In this document: piece after piece, positions 1-13,700 of the stretch
Numbering within the stretch: the first letter of the stretch is position 1
How the letters are laid out: every line of letters begins with the position of its first letter
Assembly (NCBI GenBank): GCA_002269645.1
Contig: NIVC01000150.1
Coordinates: forward strand, 800,781-864,780
DNA from: Macrostomum lignano
Lineage: Eukaryota
Length of the DNA stretch: 64,000 nt
Reading direction: 5' to 3'
Position numbers and translations under genes: made by a program
Notes under the pieces: generated by a model
Database searches by the model: none
What the model was told of the DNA's origin: nothing
What the model saw: the letters and a program-made list of their open reading frames with translations, nothing else

Positions 1-1545
1 AGTGTAGAGTTACTAGTAATAGTGTAGAGTTACTAGTAATAGTGTAGAGTTACTAGTAACAGTGTAGAGTTACTAGTAATAGTGTAGAGTTACTAGTAAT
101 AGTGTAGAGTTACTAGTAATAGTGTAGAGTTACTAGTAATAGTGTAGAGTTACTAGTAATAGTGTAGAGTTACTAGTAATAGTGTAGAGTTACTAGTAAT
201 AGTGTAGAGTTACTAGTAATAGTGTAGAGTTACTAGTAATAGTGTAGAGTTACTAGTAATAGTGTAGAGTTACTAGTAATAATGTAGAGTTACTAGTAAT
301 AGTGTAGAGTTACTAGTAATAGTGTAGAGTTACTAGTAATAGTGTAGAGTTACTAGTAATAGTGTAGAGTTACTAGTAATAGTGTAGAGTTACTAGTAAT
401 AGTGTAGAGTTACTAGTAATAGTGTAGAGTTACTAGTAATAATGTAGAGTTACTAGTAATAGTGTAGAGTTACTAGTAATAGTGTAGAGTTACTAGTAAT
501 AGTGTAGAGTTACTAGTAATAGTGTAGAGTTACTAGTAATAGTGTAGAGTTACTAGTAATAGTGTAGAGTTACTAGTAATAGTGTAGAGTTACTAGTAAT
601 AGTGTAGAGTTACTAGTAATAGTGTAGAGTTACTAGTAATAGTGTAGAGTTACTAGTAATAATGTAGAGTTACTAGTAATAGTGTAGAGTTACTAGTAAT
701 AGTGTAGAGTTACTAGTAATAGTGTAGAGTTACTAGTAATAGTGTAGAGTTACTAGTAATAGTGTAGAGTTACTAGTAATAGTGTAGAGTTACTCGTAAT
801 AGTGTAGAGTTACTAGTAATAGTGTAGAGTTACTAGTAATAGTGTAGAGTTACTAGTAATAGTGTAGAGTTACTAGTAATAGTGTAGAGTTACTAGTAAT
901 AGTGTAGAGTTACTAGTAATAGTGTAGAGTTACTAGTAATAGTGTAGAGTTACTAGTAATAGTGTAGAGTTACTAGTAATAGTGTAGAGTTACTAGTAAT
1001 AGTGTAGAGTTACTAGTAACAGTGTAGAGTTACTAGTAATAGTGTAGTGTTACTAGTAATAGTGTAGAGTTACTAGTAATAGTGTAGAGTTACTAGTAAT
1101 AGTGTAGAGTTACTAGTAATAGTGTAGAGTTACTAGTAATAGTGTAGAGTTACTAGTAATAGTGTAGAGTTACTAGTAATAATGTAGAGTTACTAGTAAT
1201 AGTGTAGAGTTACTAGTAATAGTGTAGAGTTACTAGTAATAGTGTAGAGTTACTAGTAATAGTGTAGAGTTACTAGTAATAGTGTAGAGTTACTAGTAAT
1301 AGTGTAGAGTTACTAGTAATAGTGTAGAGTTACTAGTAATAGTGTAGAGTTACTAGTAACAGTGTAGAGTTACTAGTAATAGTGTAGAGTTACTAGTAAT
1401 AGTGTAGAGTTACTAGTAACAGTGTAGAGTTACTAGTAATAATGTAGAGTTACTAGTAATAGTGTAGAGTTACTAGTAATAGTGTAGAGTTACTAGTAAT
1501 AGTGTAGAGTTACTAGTAATAATGTAGAGTTACTAGTAATAGTAT
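1..1545. repeat. 20-bp satellite (AGTGTAGAGTTACTAGTAAT)n, ~77 copies, extends beyond the window start
   Basis: Near-perfect 20-bp period; each unit contains the palindrome TTACTAGTAA. Confidence 0.98.
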
Positions 1546-2220
1546 AAATTCACTAGTTAAATATGACAAGCTTCACTCGCTCAACAATGCCAGTTTTCAA
1601 CAAATTTACATCTCTTTAGTATAATAACCCCATTACTAAGTTTTTCACTCTACATATCGGCAACCTGAGACTTCTCAGTTGTTGGAACTTAAAAGAAACA
1701 GACATGCAAAGCATGGGTCATAAAAACCCTCTCAGCTCTCAACTCGGATCAATGAATGAGCTGGTCCTCTGCCAGCGCCAGGCACTCAGGCTAAAAAATT
1801 CCTTTGTAAGGGCTGGCTAAAAGGCAAGGAAGAAAACATTCAAAGCCCTCCAGCCATTGGCGGCCTTTTCTGTGTCTTTTAGTTAAAGGCGGAGGGAGAG
1901 AGAAAGGAGATTCTTTTTTAAAGGCCAGCGATTCGCAGTTGGGTTCGCCAAAAGCAGACCTCGGTGGGGCGGCGCAGCGTTCCTGAAATCCATTTGAGCT
2001 TCCAGAGCCAGCGGGCGGGGGCACTGCGAAGCATCTCCGCGTGATACTCTGCTCAGCTTTGCAAGGCACACTCCCTGCGGAACTAGCAGAAGTAGAGTTG
2101 CGCAAAAGATATTAATTCTGGAGACTAACTGATATATATCTATATATTAAAGCATAAGTAAATTCACGAGGTGAACCCGTGCTAGAAGGCAACTCTGATC
2201 GATCAGTAAGTACCTGTTTT

Positions 2221-2662
<442 letters not shown>

Positions 2663-3214
2663 GTCTGTCCAGTTGACATTCCAAACCACATGTCCCGAGC
2701 GCCATTAAGCATGGCATTTGCAGTGTTTATTCAAACTACATTAGGCTCCGCTTGCGTACCAAATCATTCCCCACAATCCCTAGCAGGCTCCCATAATCCC
2801 AGCTGATGACAGCTGTAAATCGTGCAGATTTTCCAGCTGCCAACATGCACCGCATCGGATTCTGCGCCCAGTTTTGTTTATTTTCTTTCCAATTTCCTCG
2901 GAATCTGACAGCGGGATTTCGAGGACGGATGAGCGGCTTACGGAAATCCCTTGGGAAAAATTGGACTAACAGATTGCTGGCCTGGGAGACTATTTGAGGA
3001 TATCAGATGCAGCAGCCACTCTCTGAGAATTTGCATTGACTCTTGGAGTTTCTGCACTGCGCGAAATGTGCAGGGCAGCTCCCTGCTGCTGCTGCGGCTC
3101 TCCCAGCAGCTCAGCAATTCTCTCAGATCTCCGCTGGGCCTCGGTTGCTTCTCTGTACTGCCTTCACTCACTCCAACCGTCTGCCTGCTTCCTTATATCT
3201 CTGCTCTGTACCTT

Positions 3215-4229
3215 TCCTCCCTGCCCTCCCTCCCTACCCTCCCTCCCTTCCCTCCCTCTCTACCCTTCCTCTCTACCCTCCCTCTGTACCCTTCCTCCCT
3301 ACCCTCCCTCTCTGCCCTTCCTCTCTACCCTCCCTCTGTACCCTTCCTCCCTACCCTCCCTCTCTACCCTCCCTCTCTACCCTCCCTCTCTACCCTCCCT
3401 CTCTGCCTCCCTCTCTACCCTCCCTCTCTACCCTCCCTCTCTACCCTCCCTCTCTACCCTCCCTCTCTGCCTCCCTCTCTACCCTCCCTCTCTACCCTCC
3501 CTCTCTACCTCCCTCTCTACCCTCCCTCTCTACCCTCCCTCTCTACCCTCCCTCTCTACCCTCCCTCTCTACCCTCAATCTCTACCCTCCCTCTCTACCC
3601 TCCCTCTCTACCCTCCCTCTCTGCCTCCCTCTCTACCCTCCCTCTCTACCCTCCCTCTCTACCCTCCCTCTCTACCCTCCCTCTCTGCCTCCCTCTCTAC
3701 CCTCCCTCTCTACCCTCCCTCTCTGCCTCCCTCTCTACCCTCCCTCTCTACCCTCCCTCTCTACCCTCCCTCTCTGCCTCCCTCTCTACCCTCCCTCTCT
3801 ACCCTCCCTCTCTACCCTCCCTCTCTACCCTCCCTCTCTGCCTCCCTCTCTACCCTCCCTCTCTACCCTCCCTCTCTGCCTCCCTCTCTACCCTCCCTCT
3901 CTACCCTCCCTCTCTACCTCCCTCTCTACCCTCCCTCTCTACCCTCCCTCTCTACCCTCCCTCTCTACCCTCCCTCTCTGCCTCCCTCTCTACCCTCCCT
4001 CTCTACCCTCCCTCTCTACCCTCCCTCTCTACCCTCCCTCTCTACCCTCCCTCTCTACCCTCCCTCTCTACCCTCAATCTCTACCCTCCCTCTCTACCCT
4101 CCCTCTCTACCCTCCCTCTCTACCCCCAATCTCTACCCTCCCTATCTACCCTCCCTCTCTACCCTCCCTCTCTACCCTCCCTCTCTACCCTCCCTCTCTA
4201 CCCTCAATCTCTACCCTCCCTCTCTACCC
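3215..4229. repeat. 13-bp C/T-rich minisatellite (CTACCCTCCCTCT)n
   Basis: 13-bp period gives the same peptide in all three + frames, so the ORFs are artefacts. Confidence 0.95.
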
Positions 4230-5295
4230 ATGCACATCCTCTTGTATAGCATCCTCTTCCCCTCATTCGTTAACTCCCCCGAGGCTCTCTGATAACTCCA
4301 TCAAATGCCTTGCCTGCGTCGGGTCACTGCCTAAATCGATCTTTCCCATCGCCGCAAATGTTATTTTACATGTTGAGCATTAGATTTATGTGTGTGCCCA
4401 AGCGAGATTTATCCTAGCCAGACTTTATCGAACAGCTGGGGTTGGACACACAAATACACATTATTAGCTTTTCCAGCCTTCCATGCCACCTGTTACGCAA
4501 TCAACACCCCAGTGTAGGTGTGAATTCGTGTGAGGACCTGCGGGGCATGCATGCCGGATTGATAGAGAATTAGCGCTTTCAATGATGACTCATCGCTGGA
4601 AAAACTCTAGTTACACGAAAATAATATATCTAAATGACGGGAATTCCAACAGGGACTCCCAGAGAAAGAAACACACACAGTTTCCTGGATTGGAAGCCAG
4701 TCAACAAAGAGAGAAGAAATTCAATACCGTCATAACGATTTGATTTCACATAGTTACTTGTTTCCAAGAAATCTATTGGGGATTTGGAAGCAGATTGAGA
4801 GTCCGGGAGGGCAGCTGGAGGCGGCCGACTGGCACAGCAACTCCCTCTTCATCACACCCGCAAAGATGATGGCCGTGGCGGCCTCCGGGTGGGGGATCTC
4901 TGCAATGAATTATGAATGCTGCATGCTGAGCAGCGGGGGGGACGCCTCATCATTTTTCCACTCGCACGGCCGATGGGAGAGCAGCTGAGTGTGCGCCGGG
5001 GACTGCAGCTCAGGGACTCCATGATTCCCGCTTTTCTGTGCATAAAAAAGCCACCAGGCCAACACGCTGTGAGAGCCAGTCAAATCTGAGTCACTCTGAA
5101 TGAGCTTTTCTGTCAGTCAGTCAGTCTGGATGGCGGGGTGTGAGGAAATTTTTTCCTAGAAAGATACTCAAATGGTGCTCACATCCTGTCTACTCACGAC
5201 CGACTTGGGGAGTTTTTTGTTTCAGAAAAATTCTCAAAGTGGAAGGACTGGGGGTATTGGCCAGGGTAAATCCCTTGCACAGTGCCTCTCACCCT

Positions 5296-8200
5296 CCGCT
5301 ATCTTCCTGTCTGCCAGTCTATCTTCCTGTCTGCCAGTCTATCTTCCTGTCTATCAGTCTAGCTTCCTATCTACCAGTCTAGCTTCCTATCTACCAGTCT
5401 AGCTTCCTATCTACCAGTCTACGAGTATCTTCCTGTCTACCAGTCTATCTTCCTATCTACCAGTCTATCTTCCCCTATCAGTCTATCTTCCCCTGTCTAC
5501 CAGTCTAGCTTCCTGTCTATCAGTCTAGCTTCCTATCTACCAGTCTAGCTTCCTATCTACCAGTCTAGCTTCCTATCTACCAGTCTACGAGTATCTTCCT
5601 GTCTACCAGTCTATCTTCCTATCTACCAGTCTATCTTCCCCTATCAGTCTATCTTCCCCTGTCTACCAGTCTAGCTTCCTGTCTATCAGTCTAGCTTCCT
5701 ATCTACCAGTCTAGCTTCCTATCTACCAGTCTAGCTTCCTATCTACCAGTCTACGAGTATCTTCCTGTCTACCAGTCTATCTTCCTATCTACCAGTCTAT
5801 CTTCCCCTATCAGTCTATCTTCCCCTGTCTACCAGTCTAGCTTCCTGTCTATCAGTCTAGCTTCCTATCTACCAGTCTAGCTTCCTATCTACCAGTCTAG
5901 CTTCCTATCTACCAGTCTACGAGTATCTTCCTGTCTACCAGTCTATCTTCCTATCTACCAGTCTATCTTCCCCTATCAGTCTATCTTCCCCTGTCTACCA
6001 GTCTAGCTTCCTGTCTACCAGTCTATCTTCCCCTGTCTACCAGTCTATCTTACTGTCTATCAGTCTATCTTCCTGTCTATCAGTCTATCTTCCTGTCTAC
6101 CAGTCTATCTTCCTGTCTATCAGTCTATCTTCCTATCTACCAGCCTATCTTCCTGTCTACCAGTCTATCTTCCTGTCTATCAGTCTATCTTCCTGTCTAT
6201 CAGTCTATCTTCCTGTCTACCAGTCTATCTTCCTGTCTATCAGTCTATCTTCCTGTCTGTTAGTCTATCTTCCTGTCTGCCAGTCTATCTTCCTGTCTAC
6301 CAGTCTATCTTCCTGTCTACTAGTCTATCTTCCTGTCTACCAGTCTATCTTCCTGTCTATCAGTTTATCTTCCTGTCTACCAGTCTATCTTCCTGTCTAT
6401 CAGTCTATCTTCCTGTCTACCAGTCTATCTTCCTATCTACCAGCCTATCTTCCTGTCTACCAGTCTATCTTCCTGTCTATCAGTCTATCTTCCTGTCTAT
6501 CAGTCTATCTTCCTGTCTACCAGTCTATCTTCCTGTCTATCAGTCTATCTTCCTGTCTGTTAGTCTATCTTCCTGTCTGCCAGTCTATCTTCCTGTCTAC
6601 CAGTCTATCTTCCTGTCTACTAGTCTATCTTCCTGTCTACCAGTCTATCTTCCTGTCTACCAGTCTATCTTCCTGTCTATCAGTCTATCTTCCTGTCTAT
6701 CAGTCTATCTTCCTGTCTACCAGTCTATCTTGCTGTCTATCAGTCTATCTTCCTGTCTACCAGTCTATCTTCCTGTCTACCAGTCTATCTTCCTGTCTAT
6801 CAGTCTATCTTCCTGTCTGTTAGTCTATCTTCCTGTCTACCAGTCTATCTTCCTGTCTACCAGTCTATCTTCCTGTCTACCCGTCCATCTTCCTATCTAC
6901 CAGCCTATCTTCCTGTCTACCAGTCTATCTTCCTATCTACCAGCCTATCTTCCTGTCTACCAGTCTATCTTCCTATCTACCAGCCTATCTTCCTGTCTAC
7001 CAGTCTATCTTCCTGTCTACCAGTCTATCTTCCTGTCTATCAGTCTATCTTCCTGTCTATCAGTCTATCTTCCTGTCTGTTAGTCTATCTTCCTGTCTAC
7101 CCGTCCATCTTCCTATCTACCAGCCTATCTTCCTGTCTACCAGTCTATCTTCCTATCTACCAGCCTATCTTCCTGTCTACCAGTCTATCTTCCTGTCTAC
7201 CAGTCTATCTTTCTGTCTACCAGTCTATCTTCCTGTCTATCAGTCTATCTTCCTGTCTATCAGTCTATCTTCCTGTCTATCAGTCTATCTTCCTGTCTAT
7301 CAGTCTATCTTCCCCTGTCTATCAGTCTATCTTCCCCTGTCTATCAGTCTATCTTCCCCTGTCTATCAGTCTATCTTCCCCTGTCTATCAGTCTATCTTC
7401 CCCTGTCTATCAGTCTATCTTTCCCTGTCTATCAGTCTATCTTCCCCTGTCTATCAGTCTATCTTCCCCTGTCTATCAGTCTATCTTCCCTTGTCTATCA
7501 GTCTATCTTCCCCTGTCTATCAGTCTATCTTTCCCTGTCTATCAGTCTATCTTCCCCTGTCTATCAGTCTATCTTCCCCTGTCTATCAGTCTATCTTCCC
7601 CTGTCTATCAGTCTATCTTTCCCTGTCTATCAGTCTATCTTCCCCTGTCTATCAGTCTATCTTCCCCTGTCTATCAGTCTATCTTCCCCTGTCTATCAGT
7701 CTATCTTCCCCTGTCTATCAGTCTATCTTCCCCTGTCTATCAGTCTATCTTTCCCTGTCTATCAGTCTATCTTCCCCTGTCTATCAGTCTATCTTCCCCT
7801 GTCTATCAGTCTATCTTCCCCTGTCTATCAGTCTATCTTCCCCTGTCTATCAGTCTATCTTCCCCTGTCTATCAGTCTATCTTTCCCTGTCTATCAGTCT
7901 ATCTTCCCCTGTCTATCAGTCTATCTTCCCTGTCTATCAGTCTATCTTCCCCTGTCTATCAGTCTATCTTCCCCTGTCTATCAGTCTATCTTCCCCTGTC
8001 TATCAGTCTATCTTTCCCTGTCTATCAGTCTATCTTCCCCTGTCTATCAGTCTATCTTCCCCTGTCTATCAGTCTATCTTCCCCTGTCTATCAGTCTATC
8101 TTCCTGTCTATCAGTTTATCTTCCTGTCTGCCAGTCTATCTTCCTGTCTACCAGTCTATCTTCCTGTCTACAAGTCTATCTTCCCCTGTCTATCAGTCTA

Positions 8201-8415
8201 TCTTCCTGTCTATCAGTCTATCTTCCTGTCTATCAGTCTATCTTCCTGTCTATCAGTCTATCTTCCTGTCTATCAGTCTATCTTCCTGTCTATCAGTCTA
8301 TCTTCCTGTCTATCAGTCTATCTTCCTGTCTATCAGTCTATCTTCCTGTCTATCAGTCTATCTTCCTGTCTATCAGTCTATCTTCCTGTCTATCAGTCTA
8401 TCTTCCCCTGTCTAC
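5296..8415. repeat. 20/22-bp minisatellite (CAGTCTATCTTCCTGTCTAC / CAGTCTATCTTCCCCTGTCTAT) with a 166-bp higher-order block
   Basis: Unit is 20 bp to ~7310, 22 bp from ~7310-8100, then 20 bp again; marker ACGAG recurs at 5421, 5587, 5753 and 5919. Confidence 0.95.
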
Positions 8416-8919
8416 CACTCTGTCTTGAATCCTTCTTCATTTATCACTCCACTCTATACCCCATACAATACTTACTCTACAAAATGCAGCTCTCACAGAC
8501 AGGCCTGTTTATACGCCCAAGGTTTCAAGTTACATCTCAGCTTTCAGCATTTTCTCCCTCACTCTAAAATCTCATTCACTCAGTGGGGGGGGGGGCTTTT
8601 CCTCGTTGGTTTTCTCACCAATTGCTGTTAAGCTGGCAGAGCTTAAGTAAGTGGTTTCGAATTCAGCCCTCCCTGTGACTCAACTGCGCTCAGCTTATTT
8701 AAATGAGATCGCTCTGAATTCATTCACTATTTCTCTTGCCTACTGAGCTTTACATAGAATTTCTGAATGAAAGTGCCGAACTTAGCGGATTCGAGGGGCC
8801 CTGATCTGACACTTGGCTGACACTGCATTTCGTTTAGAGTTCTGACAGTTAAAATCGTCTAAAAGTTTGGGCGCTATTAGGTTGTGGTCCTATGAGGTTC
8901 TGACACTCATAGGCTCTGA

Positions 8920-9645
8920 CCCTGACAGTACTGACATTCTCAGCTCTGACACTCTTAGGCTCTGACACTCTTAGGCTCTGACACTCTCAGGCTCTGACAC
9001 TTTCAGGCTCTGACACTCTCCATAGGTTCTGACACTATTAGGCACTGAAACTCATAGGTTCTGACACCATTATTAGACACTGACACTCATAGGTTCTGAC
9101 ATTATTAGATACTGACACTCATAGGCTCTGACACTCTCAGGCTGTGACACTCTCAGGCTCTGACACTCTCAGGCTCTGACACTCTCAGGCTCTGACACTC
9201 TCAGGCTCTGACACTCTCAGGCTCTGACACTCTCAGGCTCTGACACTCTCAGGCTCTAACACTCTCAGGCTCTGACACTCTCAGGCTCTGACACTCTCAG
9301 GCTCTGACACTTTCAGGCTCTGACACTCTCCATAGGTTCTGACACTATTAGGCACTGAAACTCATAGGTTCTGACACTGTTAGACACTGACTCTCATAGG
9401 TTCTGACACCATTATTAGACACTGACACTCATAGGTTCTGACATTCCAGGCTCTGACACTCTCCATAGGTTCTGACACCATTATTAGACACTGACACTCA
9501 TAGGTTCTGACATTATTAGATACTGACACTCATAGGCTCTGATACTCATAGGCTCTGACATTCTCATGCTCTGACACTACTCGGCTCTGACACTACTCGG
9601 CTCTGACACTACTCGGCTCTGACACTTTTAAGTTCTGACACTCTT
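8920..9645. repeat. ~16-bp minisatellite (AGGCTCTGACACTCTC)n with variants
   Basis: CTGACAC core recurs throughout. Confidence 0.9.
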
Positions 9646-9706
9646 AGGCTGAAGAATTTCAGTTTATTTTGCAAGCCAATGTCCCAACATTGTCCCGCAC
9701 CTTCAG

Positions 9707-11231
9707 TGGCAGCCATCCCTGATGTATCCACGGCCACCATTGCCATCGTTGGCGGCTGCTGCGCCGGCCTTATCGTGCTGCTCTCCATGGTGCTGCTGTA
9801 CTTCTGCTGCAGACGGAGGCGCCACTACAAGGAGATGGAGCCGGGCACTCAGCAGCAGTGAGTTTGAGCATTGTGGCTTTTCTCCACTTGTTCTCTTGGT
9901 AGCTTTGGAGACTTCCTCTTTTGCCGGCTATTTTGTTGTATTTGTATTAGAGAAAATTAGACAAAACCCTTGAAGTGCTACTTACTAATTTACTCAGTAG
10001 AGTGATGCGATCGAAATAACCTGACGCCTGTAAAATCTGCCAAAAGCAGATAAGATGCGTACTAACCAAGCCCAACTATTGCTTCACCTGCCTGTCACAC
10101 CGCTTACCCTACTCCAAGTGCTCTATTTTGCCGCCAACTTTTGTACAGCCCTCTGCTTACGCGCAGGCGGCAACAGCAGCAGCAACAGCAGCAACACCTG
10201 CAGCAGCAGGACAGCCCGACCGAGTCCAGCCTGCAGCAGCCCGGCCGCTACCACATAGCCTCCGATGGCAAGCCGTACGCCCTCGTGCCGCCGCACCCGT
10301 CCATGTCGGCTGACAATGTCACCTGCATCAGCGGCTCTCGCCGGAGCAGCTCGCTGGTCACATCGGCGGCGGTGGTCTCCAAGGCTCCGGAGTCCGGCGA
10401 CGGAATCGACTTGGGAGCTGCTGGCCCACCTGTCCCTGCGAGGGGAGGCGGCGTCTTCGCCACTTTGCGGAGCGGCCACAATCCGCTGGACTGTGAGCTC
10501 AACTGTGAATCCTCACCCACCTCACTCCGCACCCACCTCACTCCGCACCCACCTCACTTCGCACCCACCTTACTCCGCACCCACCTCACTTCGTAGCGAC
10601 CTCACTCCAGAGCCACCTCACTCCGCAGCCACCTTACTTTGCACCCATCTCACTCCGCATCCACCTCACTCCGCACCCATCTCACTCCGCACCCACCTCA
10701 CTCAGCACCCACCTCACTCCGCAGCCACCTCACTCCGCACCCACCTCACTCCGCACCCACCTCACTCCGCACCCACCTCACTCCGCAGACACTCCACTTC
10801 GCAACGACCTCACTCCGCAACCACCTCACTCCGCACCCACCTCACTCCACAGGCACCTCACTCTACACCCACCTCCCTCCACAGCCACCTCACTCCACAG
10901 CCACCTCACTCCGCACCCTCACTCTCTCACGAACCTTTTATATCTTGATGTACTCCAAAACGCCTGCCCAGCTACATAAATCTAATTCAGATAATCCCTG
11001 AAAATTTTTCAGCGTCAGCATCAAACCCAGCGATCTTCAACTATTCGCAAGATTATCCAGACGACAATAGAAGTGAGTAACAAAATTATTAATTGCATCT
11101 GCGATCCTCTTACTGTTGTTATTTGTTTAAATACATGGCTTTGATTGTTTATGATTCCAGACACGGACCCGTACAACTTCGAGTCCGGGTACCGAAGCAG
11201 CAGGAAAATTGTGTACGAAGTTGTTGTCTAG
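9707..11231 (+). CDS. 3' exons of a single-pass membrane receptor/adhesion protein (exons 9707-9857, 10149-10492, 11161-11231); 5' exons not identified
   Basis: TM helix IAIVGGCCAGLIVLLSMVLLYFCC followed by RRRR stop-transfer; AG/GT junctions are phase-compatible (2 then 1); ends ...YTDPYNFESGYRSSRKIVYEVVV*, a PDZ-binding-type tail. Confidence 0.8.
10505..10925. repeat. 16-bp intronic minisatellite (ACCCACCTCACTCCGC)n
   Basis: Direct repeats within the 10493-11160 intron. Confidence 0.9.
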
Positions 11232-12183
11232 CGGTTGCCTAGCTGCCAGTGGGACCAAATAATCATTTATTGGTCAATAACGATCGCTGCTTCAAGTCTT
11301 TCTTATCAAAATTTAACTATCTATCTAACTGATATTGATTGATTTTATAATATCTGAAGGGGACACTAAATAACAGACTATAGACTGCACCCACCCGTCA
11401 ATTTGAACCCCGATATCAAGGCTGATTCTGTACAATGCTTATCATTTATCTACTAAACCAGCAGGCAGTCTGTTGTGCCTTCTTGGAAGTGCAGTCTTCT
11501 CGCGTTATTTACATGCAACATGCAGGCACCCAGCAACTATGTACAGATACTTAAAACACTTTTTTGGACTGCGAATCTTCTATATTATAGTTCTGAATGC
11601 TTTTTGCTATAATGCTTTGCTTGTTGAGTATTTGCAGCACTCTGCTCTGATTAAGCTTGCATGAATGTACATGTAAAAAGTACATCGCTGAATCTATATG
11701 TGCTGATAGCGCTTTGCAATGCCCTCTCGCGATTGCCAGAATTAGTCATTGTGCAATAATATACACTGGATTAACCATATCTGACTTTGATGAATTCAAC
11801 CTTAAAGTTTAATCTCTAAGCAAGGTTCTGAATTGTTACGATTTTGTAATTTTCGATTTTACGCATTTTAACTAGATGGACAGAGGTCAGTCATTCTCGT
11901 TTCACCTTTTCCTAACAATGGGATAAATTTTGCAAGTTTTCTTCCATTGCAAATAACAGCTGGCTCTGTAGTCATGTCGAGTGCCACTTCAACAAGAAGA
12001 CCTACCAGTATCACACAAGCTGAAGTTTCTCAGTGCCCTTAGTTCAGTCAATAATTGGCATCAATCATTAGGGAATAGCAGGTGCTTGGTTACAATAGTC
12101 GGTTCACACGCACAATTAGTATAAAGACCCGTCCTGCTTGGAACCATATAGACTGATCGAGAAGTTTAATCGAGAAAGTAACA

Positions 12184-13191
12184 ATGTCTCTGCTATGGCT
12201 GCTCCTGCTGCTGGCTCCGCACTCGGTCATAAACAGCTGCGGCAAGCGATTTCGCAGTCTCGACACCACCATTGACTGCCTACCGGACGCACTGACCGTA
12301 GCTCAGACACCTGGCATGCCGGACAGCCTCAGCTGTTTGGTTCATGTATCGGGCATGGCCGAGTTGAACTGCGACCTGTGCGTCATCCAGTACCGCAGGT
12401 ACGGTCGGCAGTGCAAGGCGTTTGCTCTGCAGGATGTTTGCGCTCGGGTGTTTCCAAATGCGTCGCTGAGCCGATTCCCATTTCTACTTTGCCACACCTA
12501 CTTGGACTCGGCCGCGCTGGCTCTCCGTCAGCTGTTCGATGGCGTCTGGATTCCCGGCGTTCGAGCCGACCAGGGCCTGCGCAACCTGATCTGCCGCAAC
12601 GGCGTCCAGACCAACTTTGCTGGAGAAAATGTTGTCTACGACTATGTAGGCGCGCCGCCAAGGCTTAACGGCCAGAATTCGTTTCTTAATTTGGTGCCGG
12701 CCAGCGACTTCCACTGGACCGGCGGCCTGGCCTGGCTTTACCGAATCAAGCGAGTTCCGCAGTCGCAGCCGTACTTGGACTTCTACAACTGCGACAACGG
12801 GGCGATAGGCGCGAGCACGTGGGAGTGGGACGGGCCGGGCACGCTGTTCTTTGACTCCTACGGCCGTCTGAAGCCGCTGGTCAAGGTGGAGACCCGAGCC
12901 AACCGAAGGCTGGTAGTTGAGACTAGAGAGCAATGGGTTGACCTGGGCGTCTCAGTGTCCAATCTCAGCGGGAACGCCTTCATGTACTACAATGGGAGCT
13001 TCCTTGACAGGGCCTTCTTCAACTACTCGCGCAGGGCTTATCTCGGAGCACCTGCTCGACGGTGCATTCGTTTCGGCTCGTCGGACAGCGCGAATTCGTT
13101 CTGGTTTAGGGGGCAGGTGAAGCTGATAGCCGTGGCCAACAGCTACCGCAGTGCGGACCAGATAAACTGGCTGTTCGACTTGTTCCGTTGA
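12184..13191 (+). CDS. Intronless secreted protein, 335 aa: Cys-rich PAN/apple-like N-terminus plus LamG/concanavalin-A-like domain
   Basis: Signal peptide MSLLWLLLLLAPHSV; C-terminal WVDLGVSV...MYYNG and RFGS...FRGQVKLIAV...DQINWLF pattern resembles LamG_3/pentraxin folds; GC-rich codon usage. Confidence 0.75.
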   Translation: MSLLWLLLLLAPHSVINSCGKRFRSLDTTIDCLPDALTVAQTPGMPDSLSCLVHVSGMAELNCDLCVIQYRRYGRQCKAFALQDVCARVFPNASLSRFPFLLCHTYLDSAALALRQLFDGVWIPGVRADQGLRNLICRNGVQTNFAGENVVYDYVGAPPRLNGQNSFLNLVPASDFHWTGGLAWLYRIKRVPQSQPYLDFYNCDNGAIGASTWEWDGPGTLFFDSYGRLKPLVKVETRANRRLVVETREQWVDLGVSVSNLSGNAFMYYNGSFLDRAFFNYSRRAYLGAPARRCIRFGSSDSANSFWFRGQVKLIAVANSYRSADQINWLFDLFR

Positions 13192-13425
13192 CCGAGTTTT
13201 ACGCCCCAAAGTGCATAAATCTGCACTGAATATTCGAAACGAAGTTTCGATTTGCAATTTAATTCGAATTCAGACAGCGAATTGAGTAAACAAATTCTGA
13301 TAACAATGTTACTTCTGATTGACCAAAGAGACGACAAATATATTGCTTGTATAAGAAGTATCTGATATTTCGACTAATGAAGAAAACATACATGTATGTC
13401 TAAAAATCTGAACCTACACCTAAAT

Positions 13426-13668
13426 CAAGGGTCGACAAACTATTTAAACTGAAGGAGGGCCAGATAGAGAACCCAATGCAAGACTGCGGCACAGAGAGAG
13501 GAGAGCGGAGGAGAGAAGAGAGAAGTGAGAGGGGAGATAAGAAAGGAGAGAAGGTTAGGGAAAAACTGAGAAGACACCAACCTTGGCTTGAGCGGGCCGG
13601 ATTGCTATTGTGAAGTTTCAAAGGACCCGGAGGGCAAACCCCGGCGGGCCGGAGTTTGCCGACGCCTG
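13426..13668. mobile_element. hAT-type MITE, 243 bp
   Basis: TIRs CAAGGGTCGACAAACT / rc CAGGCGTCGGCAAACT; 8-bp TSD ACCTAAAT at 13418-13425 and 13669-13676. Confidence 0.9.
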
Positions 13669-13700
13669 ACCTAAATGAACCAACGCAAAACAAAAAAATG

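Noticed and set aside
2130-2190. Helitron-like terminus (TCTATATATTAAAG...CACG..CGTGCTAG)
   Set aside because: No matching opposite end, second copy or Rep/helicase sequence in the window
4740-5043. GC-rich short ORFs as possible upstream exons of the 9.7-kb receptor
   Set aside because: No recognisable domain and no convincing phase-compatible splice pair
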